A stretch of DNA of 39,296 nucleotides from Fidelibacterota bacterium (GCA_046861395.1 JBHHUC010000015.1:1-39296), one strand, 5' to 3'; counted from the stretch's first letter, positions 10,424 through 21,896 are shown. The notes: generated by a model not told the origin, from the sequence alone. Program-made: numbers and translations.

Positions 10424-10601
10424 TAGTTAATTGGGATAATGGATTATGACACGAAAGATATAGGTGATAATTCAATCAAGTCTGATAAGCTTCCATTGAG
10501 ATTGGAATGCAATGCAGCAAAGTCCACGGGGAGCATATCCTGCCCACGGTTTGGTCTTTATCATTGCTTATGGTATTCTTTGCCATTGCATCATATCCTT
10601 G

Positions 10602-10675
10602 TGGGCGATAACGGATTCGAACCATTGACCTCTACGATGTCAACGTAGCGCTCTAACCAACTGAGCTAATCGCCC
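10602..10675 (-). tRNA. tRNA-Val(GAC)
   Basis: Minus strand GGGCGATTAGCTCAGTTGGTTAGAGCGCTACGTTGACATCGTAGAGGTCAATGGTTCGAATCCGTTATCGCCCA folds as a cloverleaf with anticodon GAC; 3' CCA not encoded. Confidence 0.97.
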
Positions 10676-10758
10676 GACAGGCTTCTAAAAAAGCCACGAA
10701 AATTAATGTTGTTTCTCTGTCATATGAGAATGTTTTTATTCAGGAATATGAGAATATC

Positions 10759-12408
10759 CTAATTGCTGATAGTGAGCAAATTCCGGTAGGAATCAGGTTC
10801 CTGCAATAAACGCACGGCTTCCATGACAACCTTATCCTCCGGAATGCGAATCGCCATCCGTTTGGTGGTATTTTCCATTTGCTGGGCAAATTCAGATAAT
10901 AACGCCAATCGTAGTTGATCGTACTCCTCATTAAACAACTGACCTTCTTCCTTGGTAATGAACGCTTTGAGGGATAGCAGACCTTTTTGCAGATCGCTGT
11001 CAGAACTGTCCCGTTTCGAAAAAGCGGTAACCATTTCATCAAATTGCTTTTCACCTTTAATGTTGATATCCAGGTCCATTTCATTAAGCCACGATTGGAA
11101 AGCTGACATGAGCTGATCATCCTGCTCTACTTCAGAAAACGTTGTATATTGCTTACGGTGACTCTGAACGAAGGTAAAAAATAAACTTTTCCGGTAACAT
11201 TCCTGAGTTAGAGGCCCCAATAATGGATTTTTCGCTTCATAATCGGGTACAATGCCTCCTCCCCCACGTACCGGTCGGCCTCCGACCGTGTGGAAAACGG
11301 AGTCAATTTGGCTGGAGTCTACATTGATCACTTCATCATTCAGGTAGTCCGGTTTTTGAATCAGGCGACCACTGGGAGTGAAATATTTAGCAGTAGTAAT
11401 TTTAAGACTGTGAGAATTATCAAGCGGGAATACGGATTGAACCAGTCCCTTCCCAAAAGATTGGTTTCCGACAATGATAGCGCGGTCCAAATCCTGTAAA
11501 GTACCGGCCACAATTTCACTGGCTGACGCGCTACCCTCATTTACCAGAATTGCGATTTTCACATCGGCCGGGACAATTGGTTTCCTTTTGGCCATAATCG
11601 TCTTATTGCTGTCCTTCATCCGACCTTTGGTGGTCAACAATAGTTTGCCCTTGGGAACCATCAGGTCTAGAATGTCTATGGCTGCCCGTAGCAAACCACC
11701 GGGATTGTCGCGCAGATCGATGATGATACTTTGCGGATCGTTCTTCAACAGGGACCTGAAAGCATCCCTCATTTCATCCGGAGAATTACGTGAAAATCGT
11801 GTTAGTCGGATATATCCGGTTTTATCATCGATCATGTCGGCATAGGTTACATCTTTTATCTTAATATTGGATCGGGTAAGTTCAAACGTCAAAGGAGTAT
11901 CACTGGAAAATCGTCTTATGGTAAGAGTGACCTTTGTACCCTTTTCGCCCCGGATTTTTTTAGCGGCTTCATTGATATTCATATCATCGGTTGATTCACC
12001 ATCAATCTCAATGATTATGTCCCCGCTGATGATCCCTGCCTTCTGAGCCGGTGAATCATCCATGGGAGCGATGACGGTCAGGTGGCCGTCTCGTTGTCCC
12101 AGCTGCATTCCCACACCACCGTACTTACCGTTCGTCAGGAGCTCAATCCCTTCCCGGTCTTCTGCTTCCATGTAAACCGTGTAGGGATCCAGATCACTGA
12201 GTAAATTCTGAATGCCGTACCGGGTAAAATCTTCCACATCAATTTCATCGGCGTAATTCATTATGATATTTTTATACACATCATTGATTAATCGCTGAGA
12301 TTGGGCAATCTGCTGGTATAGTTTTGACTTGGATGCCGCCAGGGATAACAATCCCAGGACGACAACCGTCAAAAATGTGTATATATATTTTCGTTTTGTT
12401 GATTTCAT
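10759..12408 (-). CDS. S41 family C-terminal processing protease (CtpA-like, PDZ domain)
   Basis: LDPYTVY, PDZ, IDLRDNPGGLL, SASASEIVAG, SFGKGLVQ and TAKYFTPSGR motifs; N-terminal signal/TM. Confidence 0.95.
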   Translation of the reverse strand: MKSTKRKYIYTFLTVVVLGLLSLAASKSKLYQQIAQSQRLINDVYKNIIMNYADEIDVEDFTRYGIQNLLSDLDPYTVYMEAEDREGIELLTNGKYGGVGMQLGQRDGHLTVIAPMDDSPAQKAGIISGDIIIEIDGESTDDMNINEAAKKIRGEKGTKVTLTIRRFSSDTPLTFELTRSNIKIKDVTYADMIDDKTGYIRLTRFSRNSPDEMRDAFRSLLKNDPQSIIIDLRDNPGGLLRAAIDILDLMVPKGKLLLTTKGRMKDSNKTIMAKRKPIVPADVKIAILVNEGSASASEIVAGTLQDLDRAIIVGNQSFGKGLVQSVFPLDNSHSLKITTAKYFTPSGRLIQKPDYLNDEVINVDSSQIDSVFHTVGGRPVRGGGGIVPDYEAKNPLLGPLTQECYRKSLFFTFVQSHRKQYTTFSEVEQDDQLMSAFQSWLNEMDLDINIKGEKQFDEMVTAFSKRDSSDSDLQKGLLSLKAFITKEEGQLFNEEYDQLRLALLSEFAQQMENTTKRMAIRIPEDKVVMEAVRLLQEPDSYRNLLTISN

Positions 12409-13034
12409 AGAATTTTCCTGTTTTCTAATATGGAAATTATGTTCTGATGGATAGCATCAATCGTCTTTTCTCCGTCAATTGTAATCAATCGTCTCGGAAA
12501 AAGTTTGACAAGTGCCCCGTAAGTAGAACGAACCGACTCCTGAAATGCCAGACCCGCCCGCTCAATCCGGTCAGGATGAACACTTTGACGTTTCAACCCC
12601 GTTTCAGGATTTACATCGACGAAAAAGGTGATATCGGGCTGAAGATTGAACGTGGCGAAGTCGTTTAATTTTCGTAGCCAATCCAGCCCCAGGGAACGTC
12701 CTCCGCCCTGATATGCTAGCGTTGAATCGGCAAAACGATCTGCCAAGACCCAGGTTCCCGCTTCCAGTGCGGGAATAATAATTTCACCTGTTAACTGAGC
12801 CCGACTAGCCGTCATCAGAAGAGCTTCCGTCCTTTCATTCAATTCATCACCGCCGGAATGCAGGAGGATATTCCTGATTTGTTCGGATATATCCGAACCA
12901 CCCGGTTCCCGGACAACGATGTATGCAATTCCGCGAGATTCAAGCACTTTCCCCAGCATGTGAACCTGTGTGGATTTGCCACAACCATCGATCCCCTCAA
13001 AAGTGATAAACCGGCCTTTAATTGAAGAAGACAT
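12405..13034 (-). CDS. tmk: Thymidylate (dTMP) kinase
   Basis: FITFEGIDGCGKSTQ P-loop, REPGG, DRFADSTLAYQG. Confidence 0.97.
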   Translation of the reverse strand: MSSSIKGRFITFEGIDGCGKSTQVHMLGKVLESRGIAYIVVREPGGSDISEQIRNILLHSGGDELNERTEALLMTASRAQLTGEIIIPALEAGTWVLADRFADSTLAYQGGGRSLGLDWLRKLNDFATFNLQPDITFFVDVNPETGLKRQSVHPDRIERAGLAFQESVRSTYGALVKLFPRRLITIDGEKTIDAIHQNIISILENRKIL

Positions 13035-13719
13035 TTTCTTTATTCTTTCCTACCAATATAACGCATTCTCCTTTTATCGAATGGAGATTGAAATACGAAG
13101 CCAGACTGGACAATGTTCCGCGGTAAATACTTTCATGGATTTTTGTCAATTCCCGTCCGACCACCGCAGGCCGATCCCCCAGAAATGACAATAAATCATT
13201 CAGAGTCCGAGGCAGTCGGTGCGGACTCTCATAGAGAATGATGGTGGCTGTTTCAGACTCCAGCATACGTAATCGTTTCTGTCGTCCTTTGCGTGGCGGC
13301 AGGAATCCTTCGAACAAAAACCGATCCGTTGGTAAACCACTGGCGACAAGGGCAGTAGTGACCGCTGTAGGACCGGGAATGGGAATGATTTCCACCTTTT
13401 CATCAATGGCAGCCCGGATTAGTTTATAGGCCGGGTCACTGATACCCGGTGTTCCGGCATCGGTAATAAGACCTACATCCACGCCCGAATTCAATGTTTT
13501 GATGATGGCGGGAATGCGAGTCAGGCGATTGTGCTCATAATAGGATATAACCGGCGTTTTTATTCCGTATTCCTGGAATAGGATCCGACTGCGCCGAGTG
13601 TCTTCCACTGCGACCAACGAAACATGTGACAGTATTTCAACAGCACGATATGTGATATCCTTTAGGTTACCAATCGGTGTTGATATTACATAGAGCTTTC
13701 CCGGTAAACGATCGGTCAC
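13018..13719 (-). CDS. rsmI: 16S rRNA (cytidine1402-2'-O)-methyltransferase
   Basis: LYVISTPIGNLKDIT, EDTR, DAGTPGISDP, YESPHR, RELTKIHE. Confidence 0.96.
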   Translation of the reverse strand: MTDRLPGKLYVISTPIGNLKDITYRAVEILSHVSLVAVEDTRRSRILFQEYGIKTPVISYYEHNRLTRIPAIIKTLNSGVDVGLITDAGTPGISDPAYKLIRAAIDEKVEIIPIPGPTAVTTALVASGLPTDRFLFEGFLPPRKGRQKRLRMLESETATIILYESPHRLPRTLNDLLSFLGDRPAVVGRELTKIHESIYRGTLSSLASYFNLHSIKGECVILVGKNKENVFFN

Positions 13720-15032
13720 AGGCGATTCAATGCCCTCCGGATAATGTCCATCCCCTGATCAATTTCTGAGGTGGATATGTTAAGATGGGGACGAAAACGA
13801 ATGCTTTTTTTACCACATCCCAGAATCAAGGCCCCTTCTTCCGTAATCAAATTCACTAGTTTGTCCCGTTGATTGCCGTCCGGCAAATCAAAGGCACAGA
13901 ACAGACCAGCACCGCGAGAATTGGTAATCAGACCGTTGAAATCATGTTGCAGGTCAAACAGTTTTTCCTGAAGATAATTTCCGTTGGTTCGGGCCTGTTC
14001 CACCAGATTTTCCTGTTCAATAATTTCCAGGTAAATGGTAAAACGAACCATATCAACAATATTGCCACCCCAGGTTGAGTTAATCCGACTGGATTCATGG
14101 AAAACATTGTTTTCCACTTCATCAATCCGGTTACCGGCGAAAATGCCACAAACCTGGGTCTTTTTCCCAAAACTGATAATATCCGGCTCTGTCCCGGGTC
14201 CGAAGTTCTGATGGGCCCACATAGATCCGGTTATCCCAACACCACTCTGGACTTCATCATAGATTAGAATGATATCATTTTCATCCGCCAGGATTCTCAG
14301 CGCCCGGAAAAATTCGGGTCTAAAATGATTGTCACCGCCTTCGCCCTGAATTGGTTCAATGATGATGGCTGCAATATCATGCGGAGAATCGGAAATGGCC
14401 TGTTTCATTTCTGAAATGGCCTGGTTTTCCAAGGCAACAATCTGTTCACGATGTTCATCGACTGGGAACGTGATCTTGGGATTCGTGATACGCGGCCAAT
14501 TAAATTTTGGAAAGTAGAGCGTTTTTCGCGGGTCGGGTGAATCGGTAAGCGACAAGGTATAACCAGTGCGGCCATGGAAACATTCCTTGAAGTGAATGAC
14601 CTTATGCCCCAATTCGCCCAGGCCGGCGGCTAGGTTTTTCCTTACTTTCCAATCAAAGGCTGTTTTCAGGGCGTTTTCAACCGCCAGAGCACCCCCTTCG
14701 ATATAAAAAGCGTATGGAAGATAATGGGGTTGTGCCACTCGTCCCATTGTAGCAACGAATTCAGCCATTTCCTGTGAATACACGTCTGAATTCGTGGGCT
14801 TGTTCAGGGCTGCCGCAGCCAGCCGTTCCTTGTTTTCCAATACATAAGGATGATTGTACCCGACCGACAATGACGCAAACATGGAAAACAAATCAAGGTA
14901 GGAGCGTCCGTTGCGGGCATCTACAAGCCAGGATCCCTGACTTTTCTTCAAATCAATTACCGGTTCCATCCCGTCGGCGAGCATGTGTTGCCCGATGGCA
15001 CGATGGACTTTATTCGCATCTATATGAATCAT
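13716..15032 (-). CDS. lat: L-lysine 6-transaminase (class III PLP aminotransferase)
   Basis: GALAVENALKTAFDWK, FHGRTGYTLSLT, EPIQGEGGDNHF, FGKKTQVCG, SRINSTWGG. Confidence 0.93.
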   Translation of the reverse strand: MIHIDANKVHRAIGQHMLADGMEPVIDLKKSQGSWLVDARNGRSYLDLFSMFASLSVGYNHPYVLENKERLAAAALNKPTNSDVYSQEMAEFVATMGRVAQPHYLPYAFYIEGGALAVENALKTAFDWKVRKNLAAGLGELGHKVIHFKECFHGRTGYTLSLTDSPDPRKTLYFPKFNWPRITNPKITFPVDEHREQIVALENQAISEMKQAISDSPHDIAAIIIEPIQGEGGDNHFRPEFFRALRILADENDIILIYDEVQSGVGITGSMWAHQNFGPGTEPDIISFGKKTQVCGIFAGNRIDEVENNVFHESSRINSTWGGNIVDMVRFTIYLEIIEQENLVEQARTNGNYLQEKLFDLQHDFNGLITNSRGAGLFCAFDLPDGNQRDKLVNLITEEGALILGCGKKSIRFRPHLNISTSEIDQGMDIIRRALNRL

Positions 15033-15058
15033 AATTCCCTCAAAATGGTTAATGGTGA

Positions 15059-16588
15059 TTATTCCAAATCAAATTTGATACCTTGAGCCAAAGGAAGTTC
15101 TTTGCTCCAGTTGATCGTATTGGTTTGACGACGCATGTATCCTTTCCAGGCATCGGAGCCTGATTCGCGTCCTCCCCCGGTTTCCTTTTCACCACCAAAT
15201 GCGCCCCCGATTTCTGCGCCGGATGTCCCAATATTAATATTGGCAATACCACAATCACTGCCCCGGGCGCTTAAAAACAGTTCGGCATGTTGCAGGTGAT
15301 TCGTAAACATGGCGGAGGATAGTCCCTGGGGAACATCATTATGGATTCGGATCGCTTCGTCCAGGTCGGAGTAAGGGATAATGTATAGAATGGGAGCAAA
15401 TGTTTCATGCTGCACAATGTCCCATTCATTTTTTGCCTTGACAATTGTGGGCTCGACAAAATATCCCTCTCCTGTCAGAACTTTCCCGCCATAGAGGATT
15501 TCCCCCTGGCTGGCGCGGATTTCATACAGCGCTTTCTGATACACTTCCACCGCAGCGGGATTGATTAATGGTCCCATCAGAACCCCATTATCGATGGGAT
15601 TACCGATCTTGACCTGTTTGTAAGCATGAATCAATTTTTCAACTAGGGTATCCATGATAGATTCTTGAACGATGATTCGTCGCGTACTGGTGCAACGTTG
15701 CCCCGCCGTACCTACGGCTCCAAAAACGATGGCGGGAACCGCCAAGTTCAAGTCGGCCGTTTCATCGACGATGATTGCATTATTCCCCCCCAGCTCCATA
15801 ATGGTCTTTCCAAAGCGGTGGGCTACCTTTTCGCTCACATGTCTTCCCATATAAGTAGAACCGGTAAACGATACAAGAGGAATACGTTTATCATTGATCA
15901 GGCGTTCACCTATGGTAGAGCCTTTTCCAATGACAAGGTTGAATATCCCCTTGTAGCCATTGCGTTCCATGACACGGTTGCAAATATGTTGCACAGCGAT
16001 GCCACAGAGCGGGACGGAGCTTGATGGTTTCCATAATACTACGTTGCCGGCGATGGCCGCAATAAAGGCATTCCAAGCCCAGACTGCTACAGGAAAATTA
16101 AAAGCACTGATAACACCGACAATCCCCAGCGGATGCCATTGTTCATACATTCGGTGATCTTTACGTTCCGAATGCATGGTTTTTCCGTATAACATGCGGG
16201 ACTGACCAACGGCAAAATCGGCAATATCAATCATTTCCTGGACTTCGCCATCTCCCTCCTGTTTGATTTTACCCATTTCCAGGGATACCAGAGTGCCCAA
16301 GGGATCCTTGTATTTACGCAGTTCCTCTCCCATCAGTCTGACTAATTCACCTCGTACCGGCGCCGGAACTTTACGCCAGGATTCAAAGGCCTTCTGAGCC
16401 GATTCTATGACTGTTTCATAATCAGATTCCGTGCATTGATAGACGCGGCCCAATTCGGCTTCCGTGGCTGGATTTATCGATGGAAGAAGCCCCGCTTCCG
16501 TGGTATTGCTCCAGGCTCCGGACCCGGAACAGGCACCGAAATTATCCGTTTCAATGCCCAGTGTCTTAAACAATTGTTTTGTATCCAT
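15059..16588 (-). CDS. pcd: Aldehyde dehydrogenase family 7 (piperideine-6-carboxylate / alpha-aminoadipate semialdehyde dehydrogenase)
   Basis: [65 protein letters not shown]; adjacent to lat. Confidence 0.92.
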   Translation of the reverse strand: MDTKQLFKTLGIETDNFGACSGSGAWSNTTEAGLLPSINPATEAELGRVYQCTESDYETVIESAQKAFESWRKVPAPVRGELVRLMGEELRKYKDPLGTLVSLEMGKIKQEGDGEVQEMIDIADFAVGQSRMLYGKTMHSERKDHRMYEQWHPLGIVGVISAFNFPVAVWAWNAFIAAIAGNVVLWKPSSSVPLCGIAVQHICNRVMERNGYKGIFNLVIGKGSTIGERLINDKRIPLVSFTGSTYMGRHVSEKVAHRFGKTIMELGGNNAIIVDETADLNLAVPAIVFGAVGTAGQRCTSTRRIIVQESIMDTLVEKLIHAYKQVKIGNPIDNGVLMGPLINPAAVEVYQKALYEIRASQGEILYGGKVLTGEGYFVEPTIVKAKNEWDIVQHETFAPILYIIPYSDLDEAIRIHNDVPQGLSSAMFTNHLQHAELFLSARGSDCGIANINIGTSGAEIGGAFGGEKETGGGRESGSDAWKGYMRRQTNTINWSKELPLAQGIKFDLE

Positions 16589-16686
16589 TGGAATACTCCT
16601 GTGACCAACGATTATTGAAAATATACCGGCCTGAAAGTTACGTGACAGTCACCCATTATTAAAAGACGGGAAACCGTAGACGGTAT

Positions 16687-16711
16687 AAAAAAGCCCCGTT
16701 GCGGGGCTTTT
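16687..16711 (-). terminator. Rho-independent terminator of the thioredoxin-TPR gene
   Basis: Minus strand AAAAGCCCCG-CAA-CGGGGCTTTTTT immediately after the stop at 16714. Confidence 0.88.
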
Positions 16712-16713
16712 CA

Positions 16714-17745
16714 TTACGAGGCAGGGGCGGCGGTAAATTTATTTTTCTGCCTGATATAATATTCATCTTCCGGCTGCAACGAAATACATTTATTAATAAC
16801 TGTTACTGCTTCGTCTACCCGACCCATTTTCCATAACACTTCCGCTTCAGTATCCATGATCTGGGCCTTGGTCTGGTTATCCATTTGGCTTACCATGTTC
16901 TCAGCCAAGCGTACCTTGACTAGAGCATCGTCCAGATTTCGCTCAAGTTCGGCCATGCGCCAGGAATAACTGTTCAGACTATTCGGATCTTTCAGCTTAT
17001 GGGTTACAATGAAGTCCGCCAATTGCCGGAAAGAAGCGACTTCCTTTTCTATGTCACCGCTTTGCTGGTAGTGCTTCACGATGGCGTAATAGGCATTCTG
17101 GATATAACGACTTTCAGGATATTCCCGAATGAAGGATTCCAGTCTGGTGATGGTACCATCAATCTGGGCCGAATAGGCTGCGACGTGATATCGGGCTTCT
17201 TCACTCAAATCCGGTGTCAGTTCGGAAATCGTTTCCCAGATATCCCGCGCCGATTCCAAATCATTCCGGTCTTCGAATTTTGCTGCTAACTGTTGCCAGT
17301 AATCCACATTATTGGGGTCAGACTTTACTTTGGCCTGTAAATCTCCGATCGTTCCCTCATTTCTAAGAATACGATTGAGTTCAACAACCATTTCTTCCGG
17401 AGGGCGATAACCGACAATCCGATCGATTTCTTTCCCCGTACCATCCAGAATAACCATGGTGGGATAGCCCTGAATTTGATAGTGGTCTTTCAATTCCGGC
17501 CCTGATCCTTTTTCCGCATCTATTTTAATGGCCAGATAATTCTTTTTTACAACTTTGATTACACGTTTATCCGGGAATGTGTCGGCATCCAGCCGTTTAC
17601 ACCAACTTCACCAATCGGTGTAAAATTCCGCCAGAACCAACCGGTCACCAGCCTGTGCCAATACATCCTCAAACGCTGCTTCCGACCAGGGAAATTTCTG
17701 GCAGGAGATTAACAACAGCAACATGAGGAAAGAGAGATATTTCAT
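16714..17745 (-). CDS. Predicted selenoprotein: lipoprotein with thioredoxin fold (UxxC) and C-terminal TPR repeats, 343 aa
   Basis: From ATG 17745: MKYLSFLMLLLLISC (lipobox)...LVLAEFYTDW[TGA 17610-17608]SWCKRLDADTF...IDAEKG...GYPTMVILD (cis-Pro loop). This is in frame with the 259-aa TPR ORF, and a SECIS-like hairpin follows the TGA. Confidence 0.88.
17579..17602 (-). promoter_or_regulatory. Putative bacterial SECIS element
   Basis: mRNA GUGU-AAA-CGGC-[UGGAU]-GCCG-ACAC. The apical loop has G at position 2 and starts 16 nt after the UGA. Confidence 0.7.
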
Positions 17746-17750
17746 TCTGA

Positions 17751-18158
17751 TCACCTTTGAAAATAAGGGTTTAGTTTTTCCTGCATAATTACAGGGAGGC
17801 GTACGGCTCGATTTCGTTCCCGGCTAAGGAAAGCATGGATCGTTTTTCCAGTAACAATGGTACTAGAATCGTTGCAAATTACATAATCAATGATTAATCG
17901 GGAGCGAGGATAATCCTTGATTGACGTATTCACTACCAACGTGTCTTCAAAGCAGGCACCAGTGAGGTATTGACATTCGGCGTGAATAACAGGCAACCAG
18001 ATACCGGACGCTTCGATAGTTGTCACATCCAGACCAATGGAAGCCAGCATCTCGGTTCGGGCCGCTTCAAAGTATTCAAAATAACGGGAATAATACACAA
18101 TCCCCATCTGATCAACATCCTTGTAATACACTTTCGTGGAATAGGGAAAGGAAATCAT
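17751..18158 (-). CDS. YbgC/4HBT-family acyl-CoA thioesterase
   Basis: [27 protein letters not shown] hotdog-fold signature. Confidence 0.92.
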   Translation of the reverse strand: MISFPYSTKVYYKDVDQMGIVYYSRYFEYFEAARTEMLASIGLDVTTIEASGIWLPVIHAECQYLTGACFEDTLVVNTSIKDYPRSRLIIDYVICNDSSTIVTGKTIHAFLSRERNRAVRLPVIMQEKLNPYFQR

Positions 18159-19117
18159 TTCTCTTCGTCAAAATAGCCCAGATGATCGAATTTTTCGATT
18201 CGGTGGGTCAGAAATTCGTTTTCCTGATAGCGACTCAATTCTTCCAATTCCTCCTGGATCGCTGTTTTCAGCATTTCGCAGGTTGCTTTGGGATCACGAT
18301 GGGCTCCACCGTGTGGCTCAGGGACGATGCGGTCGCAAATATGGACCTTCTGCAAATCACGGGGCGTCAATTGTAGGGCTTCTGCCGCATCGGCCGCTTT
18401 TGATGCATCACGCCAGAGGATGGAAGCACAGCCCTCTGGACTAATGACAGAATACCAAGTATTTTCCAGCATCAGCAAACGATCAGACAATCCGATTCCC
18501 AAAGCACCTCCACTAGCCCCTTCCCCGATGACAACGGATATAATCGGGACTTTGAGACGGGCCATTTCCATCAGGTTGCGGGCAATCGCTTCTCCCTGTC
18601 CACGCTCTTCGGCACCAATGCCGGGAAATGCACCCTGAGTATCAATCAGTGTAATGACCGGTTTTTGAAATTTTTCTGCCAGTTTCATGATACGAAGTGC
18701 TTTCCGATAACCTTCTGGACGCATCATGCCGAAATTCCGGTAAATATTCTCCTTGGTGTTACGTCCCTTTTGCTGACCGATATAACAGACGCTGCGGCCA
18801 TTGAATGAACCAAAACCAGTCACGACCGACGTATCATCACCGAAGTGCCGATCACCATGCAATTCAATAAAATCGGGCGACCAGGATTGAATGAAATCAA
18901 GACTGTACGGCCGCTCCGGATGCCGCGCCAGCTGCACTCGTTGCCAGCGATTCAATTTCGAAAAGATGCGATGAATTAATTCTTCCCGTTTTTTCTCCAA
19001 TTGCTTTATATTCTGAACAGTCTCAGGTGAAGGATGATTAGCTGCTTGCAGTGTAAGAATTTTTTCGTCGAATTCTTTTATTGGTTTTTCAAAGCTGAGA
19101 TATGTTTTAAGCATCAT
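18155..19117 (-). CDS. accA: Acetyl-CoA carboxylase carboxyltransferase alpha subunit
   Basis: [57 protein letters not shown]. Confidence 0.97.
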   Translation of the reverse strand: MMLKTYLSFEKPIKEFDEKILTLQAANHPSPETVQNIKQLEKKREELIHRIFSKLNRWQRVQLARHPERPYSLDFIQSWSPDFIELHGDRHFGDDTSVVTGFGSFNGRSVCYIGQQKGRNTKENIYRNFGMMRPEGYRKALRIMKLAEKFQKPVITLIDTQGAFPGIGAEERGQGEAIARNLMEMARLKVPIISVVIGEGASGGALGIGLSDRLLMLENTWYSVISPEGCASILWRDASKAADAAEALQLTPRDLQKVHICDRIVPEPHGGAHRDPKATCEMLKTAIQEELEELSRYQENEFLTHRIEKFDHLGYFDEEK

Positions 19118-21177
19118 TATCCGTTAAATAATGTTTTTACCAGAATTTCCATGTCCAGAGTAAAACTCTGGTGCTGAAGATAATAATGATCCAGTAACCG
19201 GCGATCATCAGCGGTTAAATTACTATGCCTTAAACGGTGAATACCAGTAAGACCCGGACGACAAAGAATTTCCGGCGGGTCACCACCGTCCACCATATCC
19301 AACGGGGAACCGACGAAACTCATTCTTCCCTTTAGAATATTCAGGAGCAAAGGCAAATGGCGAATGAAATGGGATGAAGCGCCCGGGAAAATATAACCTC
19401 TGAATTTCTGTTGACTTTCGTTCCAGTATCTGACCGGTTGACGGCTGCCCCAAAGACCGACAAGAATGGGGGCGGTAGCCAGGATCATCACAGCAGAAAA
19501 AGTAATGTCAAATAATCGCTTTAATACCCAGTTTATCCGCCGAAAAAGAGTGTATTCAATATTTACAAATGAATAATCACCAATATCTTCAATGGAAGCC
19601 TTTCCTAATAAAATATCCTGATGACGGGGTACCATCCGATACGTAATGCGTAAATCTTTGGTGGCATCCATGACCCGAAGGATTTCGCGGGACGAAAAAC
19701 GGGCGGTCGGGAAAATGATTTCCTGGATTTTATGAATCTGAATGATAGAACGAATATCATTGATTCGGCCTAGAAACGGAACCGGCAATTTCTCCACTTC
19801 AACTTCTGGATTATAGTCACTAAATCCAATAATATTTAAACCTGTATCAAAACGCTTAAGTAAATGCTTTGCTATTCTTATCGATTCCTTATCGGTTCCC
19901 AGAATAATGGTGCGGCGCGTGAATAAAATACTGTGCTTATCTTTCATCGGACGAAAGCGTCCCTGAGACATAAAATAATGAAACAGGATTCGCCAGCCGG
20001 GGATCAATACGGCAATAATGATGGTCGCCACGATGATTACTAGTCGGGAAAAAGCAAATTGCTTGAAAAAATATGTAAAAACAACGGCAATGAAAAATCC
20101 TGCCAGGGTGGAAAGAATCGCCCGTGAATAGGACAGAATAAATCGTGAATACAGCTGAAACATGGTGCCGATCAAGAGCCAGAAAAGTACGTATACCCCT
20201 GGGATGAATCCGTAGGTCCGGTAAACCGGTTCGTAATCAGGGAAACGTAATGGTAAGGCCAGAGCAAAGGCCAACAAAACAGCAATCGCATCGAATGAAA
20301 CAGAGACAATCTGCGACATGGAATTGGCCAGCAGCGATATGAAATGGCGCAGGCGAACACCCCACCGGATACCAATGCGTGTCATGAATATATTCCCGGA
20401 CGAAAAGTGTTTTTCCGAAAATAAAATCATGGCGTCATAGAAGGCCTGAAGACTGTCGAAAGGCGCTGACTTTACCGATTCACCATGAAAATGGATGATT
20501 TGGGTCGTCGGTAAATAATGGATATCATAGCCCAACTGATGGATTCGGTAGCAAAGATCCAAGTCCTCACCAAACATGAAGAAACGTTCATCGAATTTTC
20601 CAGCCTCGTCAAATACGGGTCGGCGGACGAACATACACGAACCACTGATGGCATCCACAGAATGGATTTCGTCCGGATCCAGGTATGACAGATTGTATTT
20701 ACCGGCCCAGCGTGATCGGGGAAACAGGTACGATAATCCCAGTAATTTCGGCAAAGCTACTGACACGGACGGAAAAGAGCGTTTGCAGGCTAGTTGCAGG
20801 GTTCCGTCGGCATTCAATATCTTCGGACCGACCATTCCAACCTGGCTATGAGCTTCCAGATACGATACAAATTTTCTTATTGTTGTTGATTCAATAATCG
20901 TATCGGGATTCAGAATCAGTAGGTAATCGCCTGAACTTACGGCGTAGGCCTGATTGACCGCCTTCCCAAACCCCACATTGAATTCATTGGGAATAACAGA
21001 TATATCAGAATAATTTTCCCTCAAGGCAACCACCGATCCGTCATAGGAATTATTATCAACAACGATGATTTCGATTCGGCCTTCATATTCCGAAGACTGA
21101 ACTTGGTCGATGGCATGCAGCAGGTAATTCTTTACGTTATAATTGACAATTAGAACTGAAACAACGGGAGCTGTCAT
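19117..21177 (-). CDS. GT2 glycosyltransferase fused to TM helices, a CoA-binding-like domain and a degenerate bacterial sugar-transferase domain
   Basis: [28 protein letters not shown], followed by about 4 TM helices, KRLFDI and [12 protein letters not shown]...PGLTG. Confidence 0.88.
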   Translation of the reverse strand: MTAPVVSVLIVNYNVKNYLLHAIDQVQSSEYEGRIEIIVVDNNSYDGSVVALRENYSDISVIPNEFNVGFGKAVNQAYAVSSGDYLLILNPDTIIESTTIRKFVSYLEAHSQVGMVGPKILNADGTLQLACKRSFPSVSVALPKLLGLSYLFPRSRWAGKYNLSYLDPDEIHSVDAISGSCMFVRRPVFDEAGKFDERFFMFGEDLDLCYRIHQLGYDIHYLPTTQIIHFHGESVKSAPFDSLQAFYDAMILFSEKHFSSGNIFMTRIGIRWGVRLRHFISLLANSMSQIVSVSFDAIAVLLAFALALPLRFPDYEPVYRTYGFIPGVYVLFWLLIGTMFQLYSRFILSYSRAILSTLAGFFIAVVFTYFFKQFAFSRLVIIVATIIIAVLIPGWRILFHYFMSQGRFRPMKDKHSILFTRRTIILGTDKESIRIAKHLLKRFDTGLNIIGFSDYNPEVEVEKLPVPFLGRINDIRSIIQIHKIQEIIFPTARFSSREILRVMDATKDLRITYRMVPRHQDILLGKASIEDIGDYSFVNIEYTLFRRINWVLKRLFDITFSAVMILATAPILVGLWGSRQPVRYWNESQQKFRGYIFPGASSHFIRHLPLLLNILKGRMSFVGSPLDMVDGGDPPEILCRPGLTGIHRLRHSNLTADDRRLLDHYYLQHQSFTLDMEILVKTLFNG

Positions 21178-21896
21178 TTATGCCAGCCGAAAATTTTCCA
21201 GATGCGCAGACGCCAGACCATAAAGATGGCTTCAATCATAATATGCCGGGACATTTTCGATTCGCCGACATTTCGATCAATAAAAATCACGGGATATTCC
21301 AGAATACGGAAATTTTTATGATATGTTCGGAAATTCATTTCAATCTGAAAGGAATATCCCTGTGAGCGCACGGATGATAGGTCGATACTTTCCAGTACTT
21401 CTCGTCGCCAGGCTTTAAAACCGGCGGTGGCATCACTGATGGGCATTCCGGCAACAATCCGGCTGTATACATTGGCGCCATAACTTAGAATAAGACGGGA
21501 TAAGGGCCAATTTACAACACTGATACCATTGCAATATCGGCTACCAATGACAAGATCATGTGTTTCCAGACCCTTAAACAAAGCCGGTACATCGCTGGGA
21601 TCATGGGAAAGATCAGCGTCCATCTGAACAATGACATCATAATCCCGCTCCAAGGCCCATTTAAAACCAAAACAATAGGCGGTTCCCAGTCCCTGCTTAC
21701 CCGGACGTTCCTCCAAATATAAATGATCGTATCGGGTTTGTAATTGTTTCACCACATCAGCCGTTCCATCCGGTGAATTGTCATCAATAATCAGCAGGTG
21801 GGCATCCGGATTGACAGTGAAATTATAGCGAATGAAATCACTGATATTCTTCCGTTCATTATAAGTGGGCGTAATGATGAGTTTTTTCACAGTCAC
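21174..21896 (-). CDS. Polyprenol monophosphomannose synthase (Dpm1-like GT2)
   Basis: PTYNERKN, IDDNSPDGT, GLGTAY, QMDADLSHDP, GYSFQIE, GESKMS. Confidence 0.92.
   Translation of the reverse strand: MTVKKLIITPTYNERKNISDFIRYNFTVNPDAHLLIIDDNSPDGTADVVKQLQTRYDHLYLEERPGKQGLGTAYCFGFKWALERDYDVIVQMDADLSHDPSDVPALFKGLETHDLVIGSRYCNGISVVNWPLSRLILSYGANVYSRIVAGMPISDATAGFKAWRREVLESIDLSSVRSQGYSFQIEMNFRTYHKNFRILEYPVIFIDRNVGESKMSRHIMIEAIFMVWRLRIWKIFGWHK

Noticed and set aside
10439..10648. 69-aa + strand ORF upstream of thrS
   Set aside because: Overlaps tRNA-Val antisense and has no recognisable motif.
10602..10760. tRNA-Val as an integration site for a genomic island
   Set aside because: No integrase, no duplicated tRNA 3' end seen, and both sides are housekeeping genes.
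17608..17610. Genome-wide UGA recoding (code 4/25) or a simple pseudogene as the explanation for the in-frame TGA
   Set aside because: TGA ends petB, pheT, accA, lat and others here, and the flanking Trp codons are TGG. The TGA sits exactly at the redox Cys column with a SECIS-like hairpin, and both halves are intact.
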